Positions 31,454 through 40,627 of a stretch of 64,000 nucleotides of DNA are shown piece after piece. The stretch spans positions 1,184,001-1,248,000 of the forward strand of contig CAXXUK010000002.1 of NCBI GenBank assembly GCA_963665125.2, read 5' to 3'. Position numbers and translations under genes: made by a program. Position 1 is the stretch's first letter; each line of letters begins with the position of its first letter. Source of the DNA: an uncultured Desulfarculus sp. (GTDB lineage: Bacteria; Desulfobacterota; Desulfarculia; Desulfarculales; Desulfarculaceae). The notes beneath the pieces were generated by a model. It did not search any database. It had not been told where the DNA came from and worked only from the letters and a program-made list of their open reading frames with translations.

Positions 31454-32441
31454 ACATGGCGCTGGGCTTGCCCCTGGCGATGATAAAATCCCGGTACCAA
31501 TTCCAAAGATTTTCCAGGCCCTGGTTCACCGAAACCGTGGGCTCATAGCCCAGCAGGCTGCGGGCCTTGTCGATGTTGGCGTAGGTGTAGGGCACGTCGG
31601 CCTTCATCATCGGGGCCGGGTCCAGATGGGCCTTCTTGCCGCTCAACTCTTCCAGCGTGCCGATGAAATCAGCAAGCAGGATCGGCTCGCCCCGGCCGAT
31701 GTTGAAGGCCTCGAAGCCCAGAGGCGTGTCCACGGCCTTGATTGAACCCTGGACGATATCGTCAATATAGGTCCAGTCCCGGTGCATCTGACCGTTGTTG
31801 AATAGAACGACCTTGCGGCCGAAATGCATGTTGTCCAGGACCTTGAGGGCCATCATGTCCGGCCTGCCCCACGGACCATACACGGTGAAATAGCGGAGGG
31901 CGTTGCAGTTCATGCCGTGCAGGTGATGATAGCTGTAGGCCAACAGCTCGGTGGCCCGTTTGCTGGCCGCGTAGGGGGCCAGGGGATGGTCGCACATGTC
32001 GGTCTCGATAAAGGGCATCACCTTGGTGTCGCCATAGACCGATGACGTGGAGGCGAACGCGAAAACGCCCACCTTGGTCTTGCGGGCCGCTTCCAACAGG
32101 TTCAGCGTGCCGGTGAGGTTGACATTCCAATAAAGGTGGGGCTGGTCAATGGAGGCCCTGACCCCGGCCATGGCCGCCAAATGGATTACGCCGTCAAAGC
32201 CGTTTTCCTCGAACAGCCGGTCCACAAGCTGGGCGTCGCGGATGTCTCCCTTGCAGAACGTCCAGTTGCCGCCGTCGCCGTGTTCCTCGGCGGTGCGCCG
32301 CAGGTTGAGTTCCTTGAGGGAAGGATCGTAATAATCGTTGATATTGTCCAATCCCACGACGCGGTCCCCCCTCTTGAGGATCGCCCTGGCGCAGTGGCTG
32401 CCGATGAAACCAGCCGCTCCGGTTACTAGGATATTCTTCAT
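31452..32441 (-). CDS. NAD-dependent nucleotide-sugar epimerase (UDP-glucuronate 4-epimerase-like)
   Basis: 'TGAAGFIG', 'HLAAMAGVR', 'STSSVYG', 'YAASK' and 'FTVYGPWGRPDM'. Confidence 0.9.
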   Translation of the reverse strand: MKNILVTGAAGFIGSHCARAILKRGDRVVGLDNINDYYDPSLKELNLRRTAEEHGDGGNWTFCKGDIRDAQLVDRLFEENGFDGVIHLAAMAGVRASIDQPHLYWNVNLTGTLNLLEAARKTKVGVFAFASTSSVYGDTKVMPFIETDMCDHPLAPYAASKRATELLAYSYHHLHGMNCNALRYFTVYGPWGRPDMMALKVLDNMHFGRKVVLFNNGQMHRDWTYIDDIVQGSIKAVDTPLGFEAFNIGRGEPILLADFIGTLEELSGKKAHLDPAPMMKADVPYTYANIDKARSLLGYEPTVSVNQGLENLWNWYRDFIIARGKPSAM

Positions 32442-32884
32442 ATGTTTTCCTTGACCAGTGTTCCGTCATTGGTGAAGCGAGGCCGCTAAAATGCGCAGAC
32501 GATCTTGGCAGAATGGTCCACGGCGCCCCGGCAAGACCTAATAATAGCGTAAGCGGCCAAAATTACGGAAATCAATCGTCTGCCGCAGGTTTTTCTTTTG
32601 AAATAGCTATCTGCCTATCCTGTCATAACAACAGCCCCCTGACAAGTGCTATGGCCGGTAATAGCCGCCCGCGAGGCCGCCCGGATGTCTTTTGTCGCCA
32701 CGGCAATTCATGTTTATAATCCGTCTTGGCCTTATTTCGGTATTTGTGTTCACAAAAAGCTTAAAACGGATTAAGATAAAGCACTTGGCTGTCCGGTAAG
32801 CTGCCGGTGGAAAAGGAGATATCGGAACAGTGTTTATTTGGTTATCTCAACAGGCCGTAACGACCTCTCTGAAATGAAACCATT

Positions 32885-34771
32885 GTGAACCGCAAATTCG
32901 GCAACATCATCAAGTTCCTGGAGAGCAATTTCGCCAGGCCCCTATTGGCCGTGCGCAGGCCGCTTATCGTTGTCCTGCAGCTTTGCGCGGCGGTGCTTTC
33001 GCTGTATTTGGCCTATCTGCTCAGGTTTGACTTTGATATCCCCTTGTACCAGCAAAAGATATTCTGGCGGTTCGTCGGCCTGCTGGTGATCTGCCGGGGG
33101 GTGACGCTTTATTACTGGAAGCTGTTCTCCGGGCTTTGGCGCTACGTCACCATGGACGATGTCCTGTTGATATTAAAGGCGAACCTGGTTTCATCATTAT
33201 TATTCGTCGGCCTCATTTTCATGATCAACGGCCACGGCCTGGGCGGCCTGCCCCGCAGCGTCCTGATCATGGACCTGTTGTTTTATTCCGTCTTCCTGGT
33301 GGGCCTGCGGATGATGTCGCGCATCTACCGCGAATACATCCACGAGACGGCCTGGGAAAAAAGGGCCGTGTCGAACGTTGTCGTGGCCGGAGTCAACCGC
33401 ATGGCCGTGCGCATGGCACGGGAGATCGGCTCCAACCCCATCCTGGCCCTGCGGGTGATCGGTTTTGTGGACGAAGAGGGCGCCAACCAGCGCTCCCGGG
33501 TCGTCAACCTGCCCATCCTGGGCGGCATGGACAACCTGGAAAAGGTTTTCGAGAACAACGACGTGCAGATGCTGCTGGTGGCCCTTGAGCACAGCACGCC
33601 GCGACAGATAAAGAACATCCGCCAGGCCTGTGAGCGCTGCGGAGTCCAGTGCCGGGTGCTACCCTCCACCGAGGATATCCTCGACAGCCTGCCGTTGTTC
33701 AAGCAGACCCATGAACTCAAACCCCAGGAGATCATGGGCCGCGCCCTGGCCGTTGGCCGCAATCCGGGCCAAGAACCGCCCGATTTCAGCGGAAAGGTTG
33801 TGCTGGTTTCCGGCGCGGCGGGCTCCATCGGCTCGGAACTGTGCCGCCAGCTCATGCGGCGCAGGCCCAAGACGCTGATCATGTTGGACCAGAGCGAAAG
33901 CGGCCTGTACGAACTGGACCGTGAACTGGAAAGCAAAAACCCCGACTCAAAGCGCAAGATGCATGTCTGCGACATCACCAACACGGTCAAGGTCGACAAG
34001 ATCATGGCCAATTGGCGGCCCGACGCCGTTTACCACGCCGCCGCGTACAAACACGTGCCCCTGATGGAAGATGAACCTGTGGAGGCCCTGGGCACCAACG
34101 TCCTGGGCACCTACAATCTGGCCAAGGCCGCATCTGAAAACGGCTGCCGGAGCTTCCTGTTCATTTCCACGGACAAGGCCGTCAATCCCGTCAGCGTCAT
34201 GGGGCTCACCAAATTCGCCGCTGAAAAGGTCATCTTCAGCATCAATGGCAGCTCCTGCAAGTTCATGGCCGTGCGTTTCGGCAACGTGATCAACTCCAAC
34301 GGCAGCGTGGTTCCGCTGTTCCGCCGGCAGGTGGAAGGCGGCGGGCCGGTAACCGTGACCCATCCCGACGTTAACCGCTTTTTCATGGCCATCACCGAGG
34401 CCGTGCACCTGGTGCTGTCCGCGGCTGATATGGGCCAAGGCGGCGAGACATTCCTCCTGGACATGGGCCAGCCGGTAAGGATCCTCGACGTGGCCAAAAA
34501 GGTCATCGCCGCAGCCGGCCTGGAGCCGGGCAAGGACATCGAGATCGTTTTCACCGGCCTGAGGCCCGGCGAAAAAATGGAAGAGGCCCTCTACTGGCAA
34601 GGCGAAGGCATCCAGAACACGGCCCATGAAAAGATCAAGGCCATGATCCAGCCCCAACAGGACAACGGCCAAATGAACCGCTGGCTGGACCGCTTTGGAA
34701 AGGCCTGCGCCGATCTTGACGACCAGGCCGCCAAGCAACTGCTCCAGGATTTCGCCGCCAAGGTTTCTTAA
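32885..34771 (+). CDS. Membrane-bound UDP-sugar 4,6-dehydratase (CapD/PglF/WbpM family)
   Basis: Four N-terminal TMs; 'SGAAGSIG', 'HAAAYKHVP', 'STDKAVNP', 'MGLTK', 'RFGNV' and 'GLRPGEK'. Confidence 0.92.
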   Translation: MNRKFGNIIKFLESNFARPLLAVRRPLIVVLQLCAAVLSLYLAYLLRFDFDIPLYQQKIFWRFVGLLVICRGVTLYYWKLFSGLWRYVTMDDVLLILKANLVSSLLFVGLIFMINGHGLGGLPRSVLIMDLLFYSVFLVGLRMMSRIYREYIHETAWEKRAVSNVVVAGVNRMAVRMAREIGSNPILALRVIGFVDEEGANQRSRVVNLPILGGMDNLEKVFENNDVQMLLVALEHSTPRQIKNIRQACERCGVQCRVLPSTEDILDSLPLFKQTHELKPQEIMGRALAVGRNPGQEPPDFSGKVVLVSGAAGSIGSELCRQLMRRRPKTLIMLDQSESGLYELDRELESKNPDSKRKMHVCDITNTVKVDKIMANWRPDAVYHAAAYKHVPLMEDEPVEALGTNVLGTYNLAKAASENGCRSFLFISTDKAVNPVSVMGLTKFAAEKVIFSINGSSCKFMAVRFGNVINSNGSVVPLFRRQVEGGGPVTVTHPDVNRFFMAITEAVHLVLSAADMGQGGETFLLDMGQPVRILDVAKKVIAAAGLEPGKDIEIVFTGLRPGEKMEEALYWQGEGIQNTAHEKIKAMIQPQQDNGQMNRWLDRFGKACADLDDQAAKQLLQDFAAKVS

Positions 34772-34783
34772 CTCCGCCTCTTT

Positions 34784-34819
34784 AAAAACAACGCCGAGGC
34801 CGCAAAGGGCCCCGGCGTC
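34784..34819 (-). terminator. Intrinsic terminator
   Basis: On the minus strand GACGCCGGGGCC-loop-GGCCTCGGCGTT followed by GTTTTT; lies between convergent genes. Confidence 0.6.
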
Positions 34820-34840
34820 CGCTGATTCATTTTCAGTTGC

Positions 34841-36472
34841 TCAGCGAATCCTGAACTCCACGCCCTCCCGGTAAGTCGCCAAAACCTCCACCCTGGTGAT
34901 GTCGGCGGGCGGCACGTCCAGGGGATTTTCCGAGAGCACCGTCAGGTCGGCCAGCTTGCCCGGCTCCAGGCTGCCCACAATGTCTTCCATGAACATCTGC
35001 CAGGCCGCATCTATGGTCATGGCCCGCAGAGCCTGGTCCATGTCCACCGCCTGCTCCGGGCCGATGGGCGCGTTTTTTCTGGTCAGGCGGGTGACGGCGG
35101 TGCGCAGCAGTTTGAACGGCTCGGGCGGATACATGGGCGTGTCGTTATGCAGCGAACAGGTCAGCCCCGCTTTCACCGCGCCGCCGAAAGGCATCATGTT
35201 CGCGGTGCGCTCCTGGCCCAGGATCTCGTCCCGCAGGGCCTCGCCGTAATAGTGGATGTGGTTGATGTGCCAGCTCGGCGCGATGCCCAACCTGGCCGAG
35301 CGCTCCAGTTCGTGTAGGGGATAGAGCGCGCCGTGCTCTATGCGGTGGCGGTGGTCGTCCCTTGGCGAGGCCTCCAGGGCCTGTTGGTACATGTCGATGA
35401 TATCGCTGACAGCCTTGTCGCCCTGGCCGTGGATGGCGATCTGGTGGCCCTGCTCGTGGTACTTGCGCACCAGGGCGGCCATGCGCTCCTTGGGCATCAT
35501 GGAATAGCCGCGGGTGTCAGCGGGTATGCCCAGGCCGTCCTGCATCAGAGGGCTGTTCAGAAACGGCTCGCCGAGCAGCATGTTGCCGGTGTAAGGCGAT
35601 CCGTCATACCAGAACTTGACGCCCAGGTAGCGGAAACGGTCGCTGGCCTGGCCCAAGTCTTCCACGAAGCCGATCTCCAGGTCCGTGGCCTTGTCCATGT
35701 AGCCCGCCCGGATGGGGCAATCGTTCCTTTCAACGATCTCCTTGAATGTTGAGACAGCCCGGTCGAACACCGGGAAATCGCCCATGACGCCCACGGTGGT
35801 ATAGCCCGCCCTGGCGTAGCGCCCGATCTGGGCCTGCATGAGCTTCGGCCCGTCATAGGCGTTGTCGGCCAGCAGGGCGGCCAATAGCGGCAGGGCCGCG
35901 CCCTGTTCAATGACCATGCCGGTAAGCCTGCCTGAGGCGTCCTTGACATAGGTGCCCAACTCGGGCTGGGGCGTGTCGTCGGTGATGCCCGCCCGCTCCA
36001 GGGCCGCGTGGTTAACGTATATGGTGTGCATGGTCTGGACCATGACCAGAACGGGGTTGGTGGTGCTGATCTGGTCCAGGATGTCTGCGTTGAGGGCCTT
36101 CAAATCCCTGGTGAGGATGGGGTCGTAACCGAAGGCGGCTATCCACTTGCCAGGTTCGGCCTGTTCGGCTGCCTGGCGCAGCTTGTCCATGATGGCCGCG
36201 CCGCTGATGTCCTGGAAACCGCTGACGTCGATCCAGTCGTAGAGCAGGGCGCTGACTATGGGATGGCTGTGGGGCTCGATCAGGCCGGGCAGCAGGCATT
36301 TGCCGCCCAGATCGACAACCTTGGTCTCCGTGCCCGCCAAGGCGCGGACCTCCTCATAAGACCCCACGGCGCTTATCCTGCCGCTGGTCACGGCCAAAGC
36401 CTCGGCCCTTGGCATCGCCCGGTTCATGGTCAGGATCGGTCCGCCGGTGAAAATCATGTCTGCAGCGCTCAT
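34841..36472 (-). CDS. Amidohydrolase 3 (YtcJ/NfdA-like) metallohydrolase
   Basis: 'PGLIEPHSH', 'KFWYDGS', 'AIHGQGD', 'HRIEH', 'HNDTP' and 'GSLEPGKLAD'. Confidence 0.9.
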   Translation of the reverse strand: MSAADMIFTGGPILTMNRAMPRAEALAVTSGRISAVGSYEEVRALAGTETKVVDLGGKCLLPGLIEPHSHPIVSALLYDWIDVSGFQDISGAAIMDKLRQAAEQAEPGKWIAAFGYDPILTRDLKALNADILDQISTTNPVLVMVQTMHTIYVNHAALERAGITDDTPQPELGTYVKDASGRLTGMVIEQGAALPLLAALLADNAYDGPKLMQAQIGRYARAGYTTVGVMGDFPVFDRAVSTFKEIVERNDCPIRAGYMDKATDLEIGFVEDLGQASDRFRYLGVKFWYDGSPYTGNMLLGEPFLNSPLMQDGLGIPADTRGYSMMPKERMAALVRKYHEQGHQIAIHGQGDKAVSDIIDMYQQALEASPRDDHRHRIEHGALYPLHELERSARLGIAPSWHINHIHYYGEALRDEILGQERTANMMPFGGAVKAGLTCSLHNDTPMYPPEPFKLLRTAVTRLTRKNAPIGPEQAVDMDQALRAMTIDAAWQMFMEDIVGSLEPGKLADLTVLSENPLDVPPADITRVEVLATYREGVEFRIR

Positions 36473-36553
36473 GTCGCCTTCCCTGTGTATAACTTAAAAA
36501 CAAGGGCCGGAGCCGAATCTGGCCCCGGCCCGTTTATTGATTGTAACACCCTG

Positions 36554-37918
36554 CTAGAACTGCTTGGGCCCCCACAGGCGGAAGACCTTCAACAGGACTA
36601 TCAGGACCGCCGCCGTGACCAGCTGCACCCCGGCCACGGCCCATACTCCCATGGTCTCGGGATGAGGCGCCGCGCCGTTCATGAAGACGATGTGGGTGGC
36701 GGTGAACAGGGCCACGATGTTCATCAGGCCCACTTCCATGGCCACCGGCGTCTTGAATTCCGGGTCCACGATGCGCAGCAGCAAGAGGCCGCTGGCCCCG
36801 GTGCCTGTGACATAACCGAACAGGGCCATGGAACGCTCAAAGGCGAATTCCGTCGCCCGGCGGCCGAAGTACAGGACAACAAAAAGCGTTACAATAACAC
36901 CGCCGATGATAACCGCGCTGATGGGCACGATGTACTGCCAGACGATGCCGATCTGGATGGCCATCATGGTGGCCACCACCAGATAGTCAACGGTGCTGCC
37001 CGTCAGGCGTCTCTGAAGGTCATTGTTGATGAGATGGCCGATGCCCAGCAGGTTCATCACCTGGCGCACCACCATGGCTGTGATCAGGCCCCACATGAAC
37101 ACAAAACCAAAGGCGATCTTGGCCATGGCCGGCGGCAGCAGCCAATCCCGCAGGATGCCCGTTACGTAGAACGACAGGGCATAGGTGCCCAAGAGCAGGG
37201 CCAGGTGGAAGGCCACCGAGTCGATGGTGGCCGAGTGGGTGGTGGAGGTGCCGGCCGAGACGTTGTCATCCGGGCCGTGAATGCCGGTTACAAAGTCCGG
37301 GGGCAGATCCTTGGGTGCGTTGGCCGCATAGCCCTTGCGCACGCCCCAGTTGGCCAGGGGCACGCCGATCAGGGCGGCCACGAAATAACCCACCGCGGCG
37401 AATGTAAGGCCGATGGTGATGGCGTTGGGTATCTTGAAGGCGCTTTCCCAGACGCTGGCGATGCCAAGCGTCTGGCCCGGCCCCTGGGCGAATCCGTGGC
37501 CCATCAGGAATCCGAGACCCTCATAGAGCTTGTCGCCGATCTGGTTGGTGCCGGCGATGATGCCAGCGCCCAGGGCCGACTGAATGCACAACAGAGCGGT
37601 CCAGACAAAGGCCAGCCAAACCGAGCCCTTGATAATGGTTTTGGCCGAGCCCTTGCCGCCGCCTCCGCCGGTGAGACCGATGGACACGAATCCGATGCTG
37701 AACAGATGGTAGGCCATCAAGGCGAAGAAATTGCTGGGTACGTTGACCCAGCCAACGCTCACCAGGACAAATCCCAGCAAACCGCCGATGAGGCAGGCCG
37801 GAAAGAGGAATTTCTGAAACAGGGGGACTTTTGCTCTAAGAAATACACCGATCAACAACATCGCCGATAGCCAGCCAAAGGCTATCATCAGCGGCATAAA
37901 CGACTGCTCCAACTGCAT
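36554..37918 (-). CDS. GltS (ESS)-family sodium:solute symporter
   Basis: Multi-TM; 'LFPACLIGG', 'GFAQGPGQ' and 'FGYVTGT...GLLLLRIVDP'. Confidence 0.85.
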   Translation of the reverse strand: MQLEQSFMPLMIAFGWLSAMLLIGVFLRAKVPLFQKFLFPACLIGGLLGFVLVSVGWVNVPSNFFALMAYHLFSIGFVSIGLTGGGGGKGSAKTIIKGSVWLAFVWTALLCIQSALGAGIIAGTNQIGDKLYEGLGFLMGHGFAQGPGQTLGIASVWESAFKIPNAITIGLTFAAVGYFVAALIGVPLANWGVRKGYAANAPKDLPPDFVTGIHGPDDNVSAGTSTTHSATIDSVAFHLALLLGTYALSFYVTGILRDWLLPPAMAKIAFGFVFMWGLITAMVVRQVMNLLGIGHLINNDLQRRLTGSTVDYLVVATMMAIQIGIVWQYIVPISAVIIGGVIVTLFVVLYFGRRATEFAFERSMALFGYVTGTGASGLLLLRIVDPEFKTPVAMEVGLMNIVALFTATHIVFMNGAAPHPETMGVWAVAGVQLVTAAVLIVLLKVFRLWGPKQF

Positions 37919-38010
37919 AGGGTCCCTCCCGTTAAAATGTGGTTCGCGGCCGGGCGGTTGAGTTGCCGCCCGGCCGTGGATATATTTTTTTCAAGGCCTT
38001 GCGTTGGCCG

Positions 38011-40434
38011 CTAGGCCTTGAGTTTGCTGTTATCCGGGTCGTACATGGGCCGCAGATGCACCAAGGCCGGGCAACGGCGGTCCATTATCTCCACCTCCAG
38101 TTCGCGCCCCTCCTGGGCCAACTCGCTGTTGATAAAGGCCATGGCGATGCTTTTACCCAGGCGGTGCCCATAGCCGCCGGTGGTCACCCGGCCCACGATT
38201 GTATCGCCCTGGTAGACCGGCTCGTCGCCGTAGGCGTCGGCGTCTTCGGTTTGCACCTCCAGCTGCACCAGGCGCTTGGCCGGGCCCTTGGCCATTTCGG
38301 CCTTGACGGCCTCCCTGCCGATGAAATCGCCCTTGTCCGGTTTGACCAGCCAACCCAGGCCCGCCTCCAGGGGCGATTCCTCGCCGCACATGTCGGCTCC
38401 CAGGAGGTAGCCCTTTTCCAGGCGCAGGGATTCCAAAACGGCCCTCAGGCCGCAGTCAGCGATGTCGAATTCTTCACCCGCTTCAATGATTTCTTGGTAG
38501 AGCGTGCGCTGGTTGCAGAGGGGGTGGTGCAGTTCCCAACCCAATTCTCCCACAAAGTTGATGCGCAATGCCATAACTCGGCCCGAACCGGCCTGAATGT
38601 GTCGCCAGGTCAGATAGGGGAAGTTGCCGCTATCCAAGGACGCATCGGTGAGCTTTTGCAGCACGGCCCGGGAGTTGGGGCCCACCACGGCCAGCACGCC
38701 GTATTGGCCGGTTACGTTTTCGATGTGCACCGCGTCGAACCACCCGGCCAGATCCTCCATGTGCTGCAACAGGTTCAGTTCGGAGGCCGCGGCGGTGACA
38801 ACATAGAACTCGTCGTCGGCCAGACGGGCGATGGTCATGTCTTCGGCAATGAGGCCCTTTTCGCTCAGGGCCAGGTTGTAGCCGACCCGGCCCACGTCGG
38901 GCGGAACGCGGCAGATCAGCCGGTCCATGAAAGCGGCGGCTCCGGAGCCCTTGACCATGTATTTGGCAAAGCTGCTCAGTTCGTAGACGGCGACGTTGTC
39001 CCGCACGGCCCGGCATTCGGCCCCGACGTGGTCGAAATAGCTGTTGGCCTGGCGAAAGGAATATCTTTCCTGCTTGTCCGCGCCCTGGGGGGCGAACCAG
39101 CCGGGGCGTTCCCAGCCGAAGCGGCTGCCGAACACCGCGCCGCGGTCCTTTTGCAGGTCATGGGCCGGGCTGGTGCGCATGGGGCGGCCGGCTTGGCGTT
39201 CGGTGCCCGGACAGGAGAGCTGGTATTGCAGGCGGTAGGCCTCGTGGACCTTGGCCAAGGTGTACTTCTTGGTGGTCCATTGGCCGAAGCGGCGCGGGTC
39301 CAGGGTGGACAGATCCATGCCCGGATCGCCGTCGACAATCCAGTTGGCAAGGCACATGCCTACGCCGCCGGCCTGGGTGATGCCGAAGTTGCAGCCGGCC
39401 ATGGAGTAGAAATTGGGCACCCCGTAGATGGGTCCCAGAAGCTGCTGGCTGTCGGGCGTATAGGTGATGGGCCCGTTCTGCAGATGCCTGATGCCCGCGG
39501 TTTGCAGGATCGGTATCCGCTCACAGAGGGCCATGATGTATTCGCTGATTCGCTCCATGTCGGTGGGCAGGTCCTGCTGGCCCCAATCCCAAGGAACGGC
39601 GTGGGGCCGCCAGGCCCGGCAGTCGGCCTCGTAGGGCCCCACCAGGAAGCTGCCCATCTCCCGCCGCAGATACCACGGGCCGTCGGGATCGCGAACCGAG
39701 ACGATTTCATTTTTGCCCAAGGCGGCTATCTCGGGGATGTCCTCGAACAGCAGATGGTGGTGTTCCATGGCGATGATGGGCAGATATATCCCGACCATGG
39801 CGCAGACCCGGTCGGCCCAGAGGCCCGCGGCGTTGACCACCACCTCGCAGGTGATGTCGCCTTTTTCGGCCTTGACCAGCCACTCGCCGTTCGGCGTCCG
39901 CTGGATGTCCAGCACCCGGTTGTTGCGGTATATCTCCGCGCCGTTTTGCCGGGCCCCGGCCGCCAGGGCCATGGTGGTGCCAGCCGGATCGGTGTGGCCG
40001 TCGTTGGGGTGATACAGGCCGCCCACCAGGCCGCCGGTCTCCAGATAGGGGAACAGTCGCTTCATTTCGGCGGGCGAGACCAGCCCGACCTCCAGGCCCA
40101 ACTGGCGGTCCTTGGCCAACACGTGACGGTACTCGTCCATGCGGTCGTTGTTGGTGGCCAAACGGATGGCCCCGGTGGTGTGCCAGCCGGTGTGCTGCCC
40201 GGTTTCCTTTTCCAGGTTTTTATATAGCTCAATGCTGTATTTGTGCAGCCTGGCGCCCGTGCGGCCCAGGTTGAACTGGGCTACGTTTCCGGCGGCCAAC
40301 CAGGTGGAGCCGCTGGTGAGTTCGCCCTTTTCCACGAGCACCACATCCGACCAGCCGAGCTTGGTCAGATGGTACAGAACGCTGCATCCATTGATGCCGC
40401 CGCCGATTACCACGGCCCTGGCCTGTTTTTTCAT
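38011..40434 (-). CDS. FAD-dependent oxidoreductase plus GcvT domain (dimethylglycine/sarcosine dehydrogenase-like)
   Basis: 'VVIGGGINGCS', 'SGSTWLAAG', 'NGPITYTPD', 'GWERP', 'FVGELGWEL', 'LRLEKGY' and 'MYDP'. Confidence 0.92.
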   Translation of the reverse strand: MKKQARAVVIGGGINGCSVLYHLTKLGWSDVVLVEKGELTSGSTWLAAGNVAQFNLGRTGARLHKYSIELYKNLEKETGQHTGWHTTGAIRLATNNDRMDEYRHVLAKDRQLGLEVGLVSPAEMKRLFPYLETGGLVGGLYHPNDGHTDPAGTTMALAAGARQNGAEIYRNNRVLDIQRTPNGEWLVKAEKGDITCEVVVNAAGLWADRVCAMVGIYLPIIAMEHHHLLFEDIPEIAALGKNEIVSVRDPDGPWYLRREMGSFLVGPYEADCRAWRPHAVPWDWGQQDLPTDMERISEYIMALCERIPILQTAGIRHLQNGPITYTPDSQQLLGPIYGVPNFYSMAGCNFGITQAGGVGMCLANWIVDGDPGMDLSTLDPRRFGQWTTKKYTLAKVHEAYRLQYQLSCPGTERQAGRPMRTSPAHDLQKDRGAVFGSRFGWERPGWFAPQGADKQERYSFRQANSYFDHVGAECRAVRDNVAVYELSSFAKYMVKGSGAAAFMDRLICRVPPDVGRVGYNLALSEKGLIAEDMTIARLADDEFYVVTAAASELNLLQHMEDLAGWFDAVHIENVTGQYGVLAVVGPNSRAVLQKLTDASLDSGNFPYLTWRHIQAGSGRVMALRINFVGELGWELHHPLCNQRTLYQEIIEAGEEFDIADCGLRAVLESLRLEKGYLLGADMCGEESPLEAGLGWLVKPDKGDFIGREAVKAEMAKGPAKRLVQLEVQTEDADAYGDEPVYQGDTIVGRVTTGGYGHRLGKSIAMAFINSELAQEGRELEVEIMDRRCPALVHLRPMYDPDNSKLKA

Positions 40435-40566
40435 TTTTTGTTGCCTCTGAATGATCCGGGCTTTGTTGATTGATCCGCGAGGGTTTTTCCTGCTGACAAT
40501 GGAATAACCTAGCGATTTTAGGCCGTCCGGGGCAACACTGTTTGGTGATAAATAAATGCTGGTATA

Positions 40567-40587
40567 ATGATAGTTCTATACTATCAT
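40567..40587. promoter_or_regulatory. Palindromic operator candidate
   Basis: ATGATAGT-N5-ACTATCAT in the AT-rich region about 130-150 nt upstream of the dehydrogenase start. Confidence 0.55.
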
Positions 40588-40627
40588 AAAAATTCCGGGG
40601 AAAACGCGTTTTAAGGGAGGCTTAAAT

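Noticed and set aside
36008..40227. Long plus-strand ORFs (620 and 762 aa); also 17709..19445 and 59347..60675
   Set aside because: Antisense shadows of well-supported genes, with no recognisable motifs; expected with strong GC3 bias.
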